Origin: Entomortierella parvispora E1425 | Taxonomy: Eukaryota > Fungi > Mortierellomycota | Assembly: GCA_020891255.1 (NCBI GenBank) | Contig: BQFW01000001.1 | Span: 1,302,001 to 1,366,000 of the forward strand | Direction of reading: 5' to 3' | Length of the DNA: 64,000 nucleotides | Part shown: positions 11,801 through 24,400 of the stretch, piece by piece | How the letters are laid out: every line of letters begins with the position of its first letter | How positions within the stretch are numbered: position 1 is the stretch's first letter | Translations under genes and position numbers: made by a program | Notes under the pieces: model-generated | Told to the model about the DNA's origin: nothing | The model's input: the letters and a program-made list of their open reading frames with translations, nothing else | Database searches by the model: none

Positions 11801-14800
11801 GATGGTGAAGGATCAGCGCACTTATCGACAGTTATTCAACTCGATCCATATCTCGCTCTGCGCGGCCGCGACGGTGCACCGGTTTGTGATTGCGTCACCA
11901 AAGACGGAGGAGCATTCCAAGGGCATAGAACTCGTGGATGGTAGGAAAAACGAAAAATGGTGTCATTGTGGACTCTGTATGGAGTATTTTCATCAAACAT
12001 CTTGACTGACCCGTTATTTTTTTTACCTTCGTAGGCCGACCTCCAACCGCGCCAGCAGCTCCACAGGAGAGTGCCGCAATGTCCGCTGAGACGGTCACAC
12101 CACCGACTCTTTCCAACAGTGCCTCGACTGAGAAAAGTGATCTCTATTACCTGGTCCTCCTTCTTCGGATCCTTCAGCACTGCTGCCGTTTCTCGATTGA
12201 GAAGAACACATTGCGGACGATTTTGAATTCTTATTTGCCTCAAAAGCATCTTACTCCCCCAGAATTGGCATGGTCCCGGGAGGAAATCCAGCGACATTTC
12301 ACGATCGTGCCCTTCTCCATCAAGATGCCCCCTCAGATTTCGGGATTGGTCAAGAGCTCAACCACGCCCCCAAAGGCCACAGCAGCCGCGAGCAGTAATA
12401 GCAACGACAGCAGCAGCAGCAATTCCTTGACCCCACTTCCGATCCTAATGAGTCAACCAGCACTGGTTCAGGCCATGCCCGTCACCCCGATGCAGTCTCA
12501 GCAACAGACGTTTGAACCATCAGAATCCCAGCTTCAGCAATACCAACAACGGTTGCGGCACCACCAAAATGAGCAACATCTTTCCAAAAGTCAGAGTGAA
12601 ACTCGGTCGCTCGGCGGCTCCTTGTCACCGGCTCTTTCAGCTCCCAGCAATTATGACCCTAATCTCGGAACATATACACCCGGATCAAATAAGGAGATGA
12701 CATTCCATCGATCGAACAGTCGATCGTCGTCTGTCGGAGGAGGAGGAGGGTATACGACCCTGGTGTCTGCTGCACCCCCTGGAGGATTCGGGTCACCCAC
12801 ACTGGCGAGTCAGCAGCAACTCAAGTACCAACGCGAGTTGAACATGCTTCGACAACAACATCAGATTCAACAGTCAGAACTAGACCAGCATCATCAGCAG
12901 CAGAGTCTTCAGTTGGAGCAGGCCCAGCTATATCAACAGCAGCAGCAGAGTCAGAATCGGCCGCAGAATATGTTCAGCTCACAGGCTTCATCCCTACAAC
13001 ACAGTCCTCTACAGAACCGAAGAACATCTACAGGAGGGATAACAAGTCCAAGAATGTCGCATTCGAGTGCTTCTGACAGGACTCGACGCCAAAGTCACCA
13101 GGCTGTTTCCAAGAAGAAGCAGGCGAACCAAAAGAAAAGACAAAAGCATCAGCAGCCGGAGCAGCAAGAGCAACAACCGCAGCAGCAACAGCAAAATAGC
13201 TCCTATCAGGATAGCTTCATGACGGATGCCGCACCCCCTGATGTGGATCCGAGCATGACCCTAGGATCTCTTACTACCATGACTGGAGGTGGGGAGATAA
13301 TGACCGACAGTTCTGCCCCATCTGGTAAAAAGGCACTTTTCATTCAGTTGATATAGGATCTTGTGTGTTTCTAATAATGACAAAATTTAACCGGTTTCTT
13401 GCTTTTGATAAAACAATAGTTATCAGCCACTTGACAGGCACGACTGACCTGTCCAGCACGAGTGGGATCGCGAGTTTGGATGAGCTCTTGGGATTAGAAC
13501 CTCAGGCGTACTACCCTGATATGCCAATGGCTTTGGAGCCCAATTCGCTTTCCCTGTCGAGCCCGACCACAGCAGGCCAGAATACCAATATGACGGGCCT
13601 CACCGGTCCCTCCACCAATACGGATCAGCTCTGGTACTCAAATACTGGAAGCAACCAGCAAAACACAAGTGCCACCGCATCCAATGCCTTGAACACCATT
13701 CAAAACAACAGTCAGAACAACAGTCAGAACAACAGTCAGAGCAACAGTCAGGGCAATAACAGTAGCAACGACAATTGCGGAGGCGGTCGCAAGAACCAAA
13801 ATCGCAGCAACAACAAGAGTAATAATGATAGCAGCTCTGGTGAACAACGCAGCCACCGTAGGCACCGCAGTTCTAAAAAGAACAACAACAGCCGTAGCAG
13901 CGGAAGCAACAGCAACAATAGCAACACCGGAAATAACTCAGCCAGCGGTAGTGCTTTCTCTGATCGTGGCAATACCAACACTGCACACGCGAACAATGGC
14001 AGCAATAACAGTCATCGAGGATCAACTGGCAGTAACATCGGAGACAGGAGTGTCAGCTATCAGCAGGATCTCTTTGTGCAGGATGGAAGGGGTGGATCCA
14101 TGGTACGTGGCGATAATGCAGGCAATGGTAATTGGCTCGGATTCAATCCCATGAACAGCAGTGGCTCTGGACCATTGCCTCCAATGCAGCCAATTCGACA
14201 TGGGGAAGGCCATGTTGGAGGATATCCTTACCCCAACGCATTCTCATATGCACCACAGCAGCATACTCAGCCTTTCGTCGGATACCATGCAGTAGGTCGC
14301 CCCATTCCCTATGATCAAGGCCTGGTACCCATCTACGGTGGTGGCCACCTTACCAACACGGGAATGTACCAGGGCGGAAATGGAGATGGAGGACCAAACC
14401 AGGTTCCTCCTTCTTTGCAGCAGGCATTTGAGAACTGGCAACAGCATCCACAACCCCAGTTTGGACAGTTCCAGCAGCAATCTTCACAACAGCAGGAACA
14501 CATGGCGTCACCTCAAGTCATTCCTCAGACACAGATGGTTGGCCCTTCCATGTACTCTGCAAGGGATCCAAATAACCCTGGGGGGAGCGGATACGCACCG
14601 ATGACCCATCAACAACCTCAAAGGCAGGCTCTTGGCTATTACTATGATTACCCTCCTATGCATCCTCATCAGCAACAATTGACAGGCCTGCCCCAGATGA
14701 GCTCCACCTTGAAGGATCAGCAGGATCAGCAGGCGAACCAGCGTGTAAGCCAACAACAGCAACAACAGCAGTTGCACCAGCCACCTCTTACTAGACCTAC

Positions 14801-16349
14801 GGATGGCCAAGGTCAGGAGCAGATGCAAATCTCCAACACCACGATGCTGCCACCTTTGCCCCAGAATGCGTACCGAACAGGAAACGAGGAGATCCGGTCT
14901 TTCTCTCCGAGCTCGTCCATCACAACGCTGGTCAATTCTAACAGCGGACAATCACAAAGTCAGAGTGGCGGTAGCAGTCAGCAGGGCAACAGCGAAGGCG
15001 GCGGGAATGGTAGTCTCAGCGGTCACTCTGGTCGAGAGACTACTGGCACTAGCGACAATAGCGGACGCGAGAGAAGCAGTAGTCGGGAGACGAGTAGGGG
15101 TCGAGAGACGAGCTCAGGCGCTGACAACGATTTGAACAGTAGTCCTGCTGCTCAATTGCTGTCAGAGGGCAACTCCAGTGGAGGGGACAGCTCCATGGGT
15201 ACACATTCTCGATCTGTAGAATCGTTTTTCTCGTCCTCCATCATGGATAGTTCTTCCAACACAGAGTCGCCCAACTCGAACGAGGAAGTGTCTAATTCGA
15301 ACGATTGTGGGTCATCATCTTCGGACAATACAGACTCTCGCTCGTCCTCTGCAGATCGCACAATGGCTGGAAGAGCCTCTGGACACGCTCTTTCGCGCTC
15401 GGCTCAAGGAGGAGCTACAGGAGGAGCTTCAAGACATAGTGGTGGTCATTCTTCAGGCAAGGCCAGAGGAAGTGGCGGCACAGGATCGTCCTCTAAAAGT
15501 AGTCGTCGTCGACGGTCCAAGAACTCTGTTTCGCCCTCGGCCTCTGCTGAGTCGTCAACCACTTCCTGTGCTAATTCCTCACTCACGGGAACGATCCAGC
15601 ACCGGCATCACCCTGGCCCACCCCGGCATCAACTCCATTACCGTCAACATCAGCAGGCTCAAGAGAACTCCAGCAACGATGTCGCCAGAACAAGCCATGC
15701 AGGCAATAACAGATCCGGTGGCAGCGGAGTCTCTGGAGGTGGAGCTGGTCCTCGATCAGCCAGCAGTGGCAGCGGCGGTGGCAGCAGTTCTGGCCTCAGC
15801 GGAAGTGTCAGCAGTGGTGGTGGTGTAGGTGGCAATGGTGGTCGCGGTGGTCGTGGTCAAGGTGGGGCTAACGGCGGTAGCAGTTCTGGCGAGGGAGGTA
15901 GTGGAGGTCGCCCCAGGAACAAGAAAAAATATCGTCGTGGTCAAGGCGACAACAGCGGTAACAAAGACGCGCATTCCGTTGTAGTCTCTGATGGAGCCGT
16001 TAGAGGCAACTTGAATGTCGCCCAAGGGGGTGGTAGTAGTGCCATCGGAGGTCTTGTTGGATCTGGAGCAAACACTAAAAAGAAGGGCGGCAGCGGAAAC
16101 TCGAACCGTAACCGTGCCAACAGTGATAGTACCTCGGGATCTGGCTCTGGATCGGGATCTTCTTCTGGCTCTATACGAATGGACCAATCCTCTGACAAGA
16201 TGAGTGTCTCCAGCCCAAGTACCGGTGGAGGACGAACCAAGAGCAACAGGAACCGGTCTAATCATGGCAGGAATAACAGCAGAACTGACACCGGCGCGGC
16301 AAACAGCGGCAACAACAATAACAAAGGTGAAAGCGGTCAACGTCAGTAA
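8884..16349 (+). CDS. Zn(II)2Cys6 (GAL4-type) transcription factor with fungal-specific TF middle domain and very long low-complexity C-terminus (~2,286 aa)
   Basis: CLACRKKKIKCDGQPTCSRCARLGFEC cluster; middle homology region (YLVHVFFECFH...FDVPSMSTLQALLIL...GMAIRMAQEMGLNR...RKTIWWSCYQADRWTSAALGKP). Exons 8884-9131, 9441-11163, 11253-11940, 12035-13324, 13438-16349 sum to 6,861 nt, in frame throughout. Confidence 0.9.
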
Positions 16350-16821
16350 TCACCGTCGGCAAAGAAGGCTTTTCCAATTTCCATCATCCCAGATTGAGAA
16401 CACTGAGAACAGAGTAAAAGATCCCTGGCAACAATGAGGCCGATCATATGTTCACTACTCTTATGACGGGAGACGGGAGATGGGAGAATGGAAACGGGGA
16501 GCTGGTGGCTCAAGGACAATCCAAATCTAGTCGCTCAATATCCTTCAATACGATACCATGTTTTTCCTCTTGCTTTTATTTTTCTCAATAGCTCTCGGAT
16601 GATAAAAACAAACAAAAGTGCCAATGTCAATATCATGTTTTTTTCTTTCTTGCCCTCTCTTGTTTTTTTTTTTTTTTTTGGCTTTCTTGAACTGTTGGCC
16701 GCATATTATGAAGAAAGCTATGAGAGCAGCGTCGATCTATCCGATAAACCAAAGCGTCAGCAAACACACATCATTCATGACTGACAAAAGAAGAATAAAA
16801 TATTTTAGCATTGATCTTTAT

Positions 16822-18180
16822 TTAGCCAATGTAACGACCGTACTTGAGGAACTCTTTGTCTGTCTTCAATCGATCCATATCCTCGTCAATCAAACAGATC
16901 GCGGCAGAGACCTCACCACTGGGAGACTTGGGCATCAGATACATCAAACTGGCAAATGGCGCGAACCGGGGTCTCCTTACCGCCACAGGCTTGCCCAACC
17001 CCATGTTGAAGTCCATGTGCCAGCAGCCATCGACCTTGGACCAGGAACTCAGCATCATGTCCGCAGAGAGGTTCAACGAACTCAGAGGCTGTATGACCGA
17101 CTTGTCGTCTGTCCGATGCAAGAGCGTAGCCATCGCAATGGTTTCTTCTGCCAAGCTCTTTTTGCCCAAAGAACCACGAAGGCGGGACGCGACGACACCC
17201 AGGGGCTCGCTCACGATCTGACCAATCTCCAGGGTTGTGTTGGACATGTTCTGGACCACACCTGGGTACTTGGGCTCCATCCCCAAGGCTCTGCGCATAT
17301 CCACGGCGCGTGAGAAAATGGCCTCGTCGGTCGCGGCCAAGCGCGCACTACGCGCCTTCATGATAGACTGCCAGATCAACGCGCAGAGCGAGTCGTCCGT
17401 GGAAACAAAGCCAGAGGTCACGGTCTCTGACGCGACGGCCTTGAGTGAAGTGAGCGAGGTTTGATCAAAGGAAAAGTAGACCCAAGAAGTGGGGGGTGGG
17501 GGTGGAGTGGCCACGGGCGCTGTTGGGGTGTCCAATGCGGGATCGGAGACGGGCGCCGCGGGTGTGGTAAACTGATCCTCCTGTCCAGTCTTTTGTGAAT
17601 CGTCCAGCATTGGAATGATGCGCTCACGCGCGACATTGGCATTGTCGAGATCTGCGCTGGGGACTTCTTCATGATGACATGCTCTGTTCAAGAGTTCCAT
17701 GGCGACGTCCTGACCAATCATGTCCATGACCTGATGTTGTCCCACAAAGCTGAGCAAGAGTCCTCCTTTTACCAAAGTTGCCTGCACAACAAATGTTGGA
17801 CGGGAGGTGGGCTCGCCAGGAGTACCAGGGATAGTGTTGCGGGGACAGAGCATGTTTTCGTCCATGAGGCTCATTGGGAATTCAGCATTCTCGAGAGTTC
17901 GCCATGAGGGAGCTGTTGGGTCATTGCGAAGATCCTTGACGACCACAGTCGGAATTTCGGCTATGGGTTTAATAATCGACAAGGGCGGGTTGCCTTCGAC
18001 GACGACTTCTCCTGCGGTCCATGGGACCTGAGTGGCAAGACGTTTGAGGCCGTTGTTCAATGTGGACACAACACTGCCGATGCCATGGGCAGAGTCGTCG
18101 TGGACAGGGTAGCATAGCGTGAGCTGGGTATAGAGGTTGAGGCTGGGTTGTTGGCCTAGTGCATCAACTTGGTGGACCAT
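16822..18180 (-). CDS. CoA-dependent O-acetyltransferase of the trichothecene 3-O-acetyltransferase (TRI101)/AYT1 family
   Basis: Single coding exon, 452 aa. N-terminus DALGQQPSLNLYTQLTLCYPV, HxxxD motif HQVMD, DFGWG-equivalent DFNMGLGKPVAVRRP, C-terminus LMYLMPKSPSGE...DEDMDRLKTDKEFLKYGRYIG. All closely match my recollection of TRI101/AYT1. Confidence 0.88.
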   Translation of the reverse strand: MVHQVDALGQQPSLNLYTQLTLCYPVHDDSAHGIGSVVSTLNNGLKRLATQVPWTAGEVVVEGNPPLSIIKPIAEIPTVVVKDLRNDPTAPSWRTLENAEFPMSLMDENMLCPRNTIPGTPGEPTSRPTFVVQATLVKGGLLLSFVGQHQVMDMIGQDVAMELLNRACHHEEVPSADLDNANVARERIIPMLDDSQKTGQEDQFTTPAAPVSDPALDTPTAPVATPPPPPTSWVYFSFDQTSLTSLKAVASETVTSGFVSTDDSLCALIWQSIMKARSARLAATDEAIFSRAVDMRRALGMEPKYPGVVQNMSNTTLEIGQIVSEPLGVVASRLRGSLGKKSLAEETIAMATLLHRTDDKSVIQPLSSLNLSADMMLSSWSKVDGCWHMDFNMGLGKPVAVRRPRFAPFASLMYLMPKSPSGEVSAAICLIDEDMDRLKTDKEFLKYGRYIG

Positions 18181-18640
18181 CTACATTTTGGAAAGCGGTG
18201 ACAAACATTAGCTTTTGACAGGAAGCAATTCTGAGGGGATCCGCTTTGCACGTACCTTGGAATGTGTATTTGCAGTTGTGTTGTGGGACAAAGTGGACAA
18301 AGGAAGGATGACAAAGAGGCGAATGCAGTGTGAGTATGAACGTAAAGAAGGAAAAGAGGATCGCCCGCCCTTGCTTTAAAGGATCGGTGCCCGCAGTAAA
18401 TTTTGGCTTTCTGCGGGGATGTCCTGATCGCCCTTCTCCTGCGGAAAATAAGTATCTAACCCAAACTCCAACAGATCCAAACGTTCATCCGACCCAGAAG
18501 GGAAATCATTCTCCGAACGTTCGTTCAATTGCAATGCGACGCAGTTTTTTTTCTTGTTTTTCATTTTTGTTTGTTTACAAATGTAAGAAAGGGAAGGATA
18601 TCTTGAATGGAGAGAGGAGGAGGGGACAACGAAATCAATC

Positions 18641-21099
18641 CTAGTTGATTTTAATTGAAGCCTTGTAGCCAATGCCAAACACCAAGGCAATGACGATCCA
18701 CTTGAGGTGCTTCATGACAAAGCTCTTCTTGAAGCGAGGAACACTCTCCAAGATCAAGCGAGCCAAGTTCAAGTTGGTGCTGGTATAAGGGGCTATATTA
18801 GCAAAGAAGAGAAGAAAAAAGTCAGAGAAATATTCAAGATGTAAAAAAAGCAATCGTCCATATCCAGGGTCATCTCTAAAAAGATGTAAAGGAAGAGACA
18901 GAAAACGCGTGCAAAAACAACATACCATAACGAACGCCCATAACAGCCTCCGAGACAGGGTTCAAGTCCTTGATCATGGTCGAGCGCTCGTGGGTGAAGG
19001 CGTCGAAGGAGGCCTTTCCGTGGTAAGCACCCATGCCCGAGGGGCCAGTACCACCAAAGGGCAAAGCGCCTTCGGCCACATGCATCAAAGTATCATTGAC
19101 CAAGGCACCACCAGAGCGAGTCGAGTCCAAGACCTTGTTGACCAACTTCTTGTTGGAGGAGAAGACGTAGAGAGCCAAGGGCTCATCCTTGGAGTTGATG
19201 TACTCGATCGCATCGTCCACATCTGCGACACGGATCATGGGCAACAGTGGTCCAAAGATCTCGTCCTCCATGAGCTTGTCGTCCCTGTCCACGTTGGCAA
19301 TGACGGTAGGGGCAATATAAAGATCCTTCTCATCTGACTGACCTCCAATCACAATCTCTCCAGACTGGTTCTCGTTCAACACCTTGCTCAAGCGGTGGAA
19401 GTGGCGGTTGTTGATAATACGACTGTAATCCTTGGACAACTGAGGGTCAGATCCGTACATCTCTTGCACAGCCGTCTTCAAAGCTGCCACGAACTTGCCC
19501 TCGGCCTTGGAAGTCAGCAAGACGTAATCGGGAGCCACACAGGTCTTTTTGTTTTTTTTTTGGGGGGGGGGAAATTAAAAAACAAGTTGTCAGTTTAGAG
19601 AAAACGTACGGGAAACACATGTCAACTCGTGTGTCTTGGCTTCCCAGCTTTCTAATATAGGAAACTCTTACCTGTCCGCAGTTAAAGGTCTTTCCAAAGG
19701 CAACGCGCTTGGCAGCGATGGCCATGTTGGCGTCCTCGTCAATGATAGCGGGCGATTTACCGCCCAGCTCCAAAGTCAAGGAAGTCAAGTGCTTCGAGGC
19801 AGCCTTCATGATAATTTTGGCGACCATGCCGTTGCCGGTATAGAAGATGTGGTCCCACTTGCGCTCCAACAACTGGGTGGTCTCGTGTGCGCCACCGTTG
19901 ATCACAATATACGCCTTGGTATCCAAGTAACGAGCAAACAACTCTGTCATGATCTGAGCAGTGTGGGGGGCGACTTCAGAAGGCTTGATCACAGCCGTGC
20001 ATCCAGCAGCAATGGCTCCGACCATGGGTCCAATGGTCAGGAAGAGAGGGTAATTCCATGGAGAGATGATCAAGGTTGTACCTTTTTTTTTGTGGAGGAA
20101 AGAAAATGAAAAAAGAAAGAAAAGTTAGACAACCATGTACATGTACACTATGCAAAACCCTTTCAACGCACAGTCTCCTTAGGCTCCTTGCATAAGTCGC
20201 TAGGACATGTGCAGGATCCAGCCAGACAACGAAAGGACCGATGCTCTATTATTTTTTTTTCTTTTCGCTTTGAGAGCCAACAAACTAACGGCGACCTGCA
20301 ACAACCCAGCACCTTTTTGTTGTTTGACCAAACACAAGATAATAAAAAAAGAACGGCAATGCAACTCCACAGACACAAAATACAGACGTTCAGACCTTTT
20401 TTGATCCACTCACATGTGGGTTGGGACGTGCCGCTTGCTCCGTCACACCCACCGTCTGCTGTAGATTCTCACCCTTTTCTAATTTTTTTCCCCTCAACGA
20501 AACGTGAGAACTTACCCTTGGGTTCCTTGCGCTTCAAGCAAGTGACGCCAGCTCTGTTGACGAGTGCGGGGGTGACCTTCTCATCACGAGCCCAGTCGTC
20601 CAAATGCTTCAAGGCATCGTTGACCTCCTCCTTGGAAGGGATCAACTCTCCGAGAACGCCCTCGTTCTTGTGCTTGTGAAGATCCTTGTAGAGGGCAGCG
20701 AGGAGTCCCTCCTCGTTCTCGCTCAACAGACGCCACAATTGTTCCAGCTGATGGCGACGGTACTTGAGAGAACGAGTGCAGCCGGATCGGAAGGTCTGGC
20801 GAGCAGTCTCGTAGGCCTAGGTGAGATAAAAGTAGACATAATGGCTAGCAAGTCAGTCAAGAGAAGAGCATTAAGGAAGAAAGCAAGGAGGGTTTGAGGA
20901 ATGAGGCAGGGTCCATGTGAGAAGAAATGAGGAAATGGAGACATGAAGAGGGTCTCGGTCCGTTTGTCGGGGAATGGTGCGGAGGATGTGTCCATGCAAC
21001 GTGTTCTTTCTTCAGACTTGAGCTTTGCGGCTGTCGATAAGTTTTGTTTACCTGGCTGATTTCGGCCTCGTCGTTAAAGTGGAGGATGGAAGTTGTCAT
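18641..21099 (-). CDS. HFD1: Class-3 (fatty) aldehyde dehydrogenase, HFD1/ALDH3A2-like, with C-terminal membrane anchor; multi-exon
   Basis: MTTSILHFNDEAEISQ|AYETARQTF...; RKEPKG, IISPWNYP, IAAGCTAVIKPSE, FYTGNGMVAKI, LTLELGGKSP, KTFNCGQ|TCVAPDY, EIFGPLLP, EPLALYVFS, LPFGGTGPSGMGAYHG; terminal hydrophobic WIVIALVFGIGY. Confidence 0.93.
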
Positions 21100-21438
21100 T
21101 GTGATTGTAGTGGAGAAGCGGAATGGAGATGAGAAGAAAGGAGAGAGAAGCGAGGAAGAGAGATGAAGACCCAGCCGTACGAAACGAAACGAAACGAAAC
21201 GAGACGAAGCGATCTCCCAGCCCGGCTAAAAAACGACTAAGGCGGTCGGACGATCGACCGCGTTTGTCTGCTTCTTTGCTGGGCGAAATTTTATATTTTT
21301 TTGCAGCAGTCTCCGACCGGAAGGTTTTTCTTGTCCCATTATTCTCGCTTTTCTCACCGCACTGCGTACTTTCATTTTCGCCGATCGATCAAGGGAGACT
21401 TTTTTTTCTATTAAAGTATCGTCGCGTAATATACACCA

Positions 21439-24400
21439 TCATTCATGGTCACCGTAGTGCTTGTTGTGATCTGAGGGTGCAGAGTAGCTATGGCCAGGAG
21501 GGTGAGGCCCCAAAGCCGACGAAGATGGAGGTAGTGGTGGGGGTGGCAATGCAAGCACAGAGGCATGAGGTCCTGGGTAGTGCATGGGTTCTCGAAAGTG
21601 TTCCTGGATATGGCGATATGGAGCATGCAGAGGAAGCGGCTCATACACATGATGGTAATAATGATGATGGTGGTGATGAACCGGAAGGACCTGCGCGGTT
21701 GGTATTGTTGTTGCTGTCACTGTCCCGTCCGTCTGCAACCGTAGAGATTTTGGTGATCCAGGTATATGCATCTCGTTATCCATCATGCCAGAGCCTGGCC
21801 CTGGGGCTCTGCCTGGATGGCCTCCTCCATACCCATAATCTATACTCGCTTCCTGAAGTGCCAGAGATCGTTCTCTGTCACCACCAAAGCTAGAGCCAAC
21901 TTCTTTACCCATACTTGCATCCAATCCAACCAGCTGGGCTGTCCCCTGTCTCGATGACGACTCTACACGCACAGGAGTAGACGTCGCGGTGTCTGGAGAT
22001 GATGCCGGGTGAAGACCACTCGAGGTTGAAGAAGGTGACCTGTCCCGATGTAGCATGGACGACATGACTGGAGATGTTCCTCCTCCGCGAGAGGATGCTG
22101 CAGAGTTGGACTTCTGCCCCGTCAAAAAGTCATACGAGTCTTGTCCTCCTTGATTACCAGAGTGAGAGCCATGCAGGTAGAGGGAATGATCGGGACCTTG
22201 ATGTGAGGCATAGCGGGGATCCAATGGTTCAGGTAGCACTGGTGGGTATCGTTCTGGATGCTGACTTGCGCTCGGATACTGGGCCGGCAGGTGAGGCGGT
22301 CCCGAATACGACGATAGTACAGAAGTAGCCGGTAGAGAGGGTCGATGCTGGTGTTGATAATATGGATATGGCTGAAAACTGGCATCTCTGTAGACTGTGG
22401 GTGGTGGTGGGGCTGCATGATGCACTGGCAGAGTTTGGTGGTATCGGTGAACATAAACTTCCTGTCGTCCAGAACTGGCTTGATCTTGTGCTGGATGAGG
22501 AAGAGCCATCATCGAGGACTCGTGTCCTGACACAGAACGACGCGGCGCAGTGGTCGATCGGGAAGGTCCGTACATACTCCAACCTTCTGGAGGAGCTGCT
22601 CCTCGCTCATTTTGATAGGAGTTATAATCCAGGTGAGCATGTGAGGGCCAAGATGTTGGCCTACTTTCGGGCAAGTAAGAGGGATGATGTACCTCCCGAT
22701 CTTGAAAGTACTGCGAGTTCGGAGGATAATGGGCCGGATAACGTGAGTCCAGCTCCACGCGACGTCTTGAGGGATCATCATAGGAAGGCATGTGCTCCAA
22801 TGGATGACCAGGAGTGCTGTGGGACAAGAGTCGACCCCTATCAACACCTCCCCCACCTCCCCCTGTCCTTCCATCTGCATATCTAGGGCCTGCAACCTGA
22901 GCTCTATCGCCACTTGTTGCTCCAACGTGCAGGGACGAAAGAGCCCTTGCAGCAGTCGCCGTCGATGAAACGTCCTCCATAGGTCCTGTACTGCCCTCAC
23001 TGTACGCGCTATCATCGCGAAGAGGGGAAAGATCCTGTCTTCCAGGTCGCGCCCGGGGGTCTCCTAGACGATTGCTCGTTGATCCAGACAATCCAGACCC
23101 TGATACAGTTGGTGTGGTGACTTTCTTGGCCAGCAATCGTCCAATAACTGGCTTAATATGCACATATTGATGAGGTCGAGATTGACCAGAGTCGATGCTA
23201 GATCGGTGTACACTTGAGCGTGCGGCGGGCAAATCTGAATCCGATACTCGGCGTGCATTTGAGGATACACGGCCTACAAGTGCGGGGGCAGATTTGGAGT
23301 TGCTGCTAGATCTTCGAGCTACTTCCTGACCAGAAACATTGGTGTCTGTGAGTTTTAGAGGAGGAAAGGTAAGAAAGGGTGAGAAATCGAAGTTAATAAC
23401 GAGCTGAGAAAGTTGTTTGTAAAATTTGCTGCATCTTTTACCTGCAGGTTGTATCCTTGGTGCGATTCGCTTAGAAGCAACAGGTGAGCCAGGGGTGGAA
23501 TCTGGCAAATTTTCCTCTTCTGACAGTTGATCTTGCTCCTTTTGCTGCGTATATACTCCTCGTCTCGTTCTCCTACAATGCATACATTACAAAGAATAGT
23601 TTTAGTCTCGACAGGATCGCTACCGCTAGAACAGCTGCAACATAAAGACGACTTAATCCAGACTATACTTTTTGGGCCGAACTTCTTTTCGTATCCGAAT
23701 TTTTAAGCCTTGGTCTGCAAAGTACTGCGACAGCATGGTAGATTCTAGAGAATACAACCCCAGTATTAGATAAGGAGACCACGCTACTACGCTTACTCAA
23801 AAAACCGATCGCTTGAATCAAAATAAACTACACTTACCCTCCATACCCGGAAATTTTTTGGCAGAGTAAACGATAAGAGGATCTGATATGATACTGGCGC
23901 AAAAGCGCACGTCATTGCTATAGCCATAAAATGGCAGGAAGAGATAGAAGAAGCGGACGTTTTCGTATTTGTGAGTGAACAGGTTGTAGATATCATGCAG
24001 CCGGTGCCATGGACTTTGCATAGATGGATTCCAGGATTCCACTTACTTCACAATCTCATAGAGGGAAAACTTGAGCCTGTATACGCCTTCCATACGCACA
24101 GACAAATCAGGAAAGACAAAGAATCCGGACTCTGCCCCATTGCTATCCTCAATGTCCTTTAGAGGAAACAGAGACGAGACGGACGATCCAGTAGTTGCCT
24201 TTGTTCGATTATCCTTGAACAGATGCATGTCTTCCTTGGAGCGGGTGTCTTTGAGCAATAGCACATCTTCACTGGTGTCCTTCTCGACCAAAGACGCATG
24301 CATAAAGTAATATGGGTTCTGGAGGAATGGTGTAAAACTTGTGTGGCTGGAGGAACAAAAAAAAGGAAGTCAGGTGACCATGTTGCATGCTCTGATTGGC

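Noticed and set aside
13365-16349. 994-aa ORF as an independent gene
   Set aside because: Its first residues lie in an intron. An in-frame phase-1 junction 13324/13438 joins it to the Zn2Cys6 TF.
16618-17313. Long antisense ORFs over coding genes (also 33589-34080, 52433-53074, 18909-19337)
   Set aside because: Shadow ORFs expected from codon bias on the opposite strand; no independent signals.
21439-23583. 714-aa ORF as an independent orphan gene
   Set aside because: It is the tail of the velvet gene, joined in frame after ...IRIRKEVRPK.
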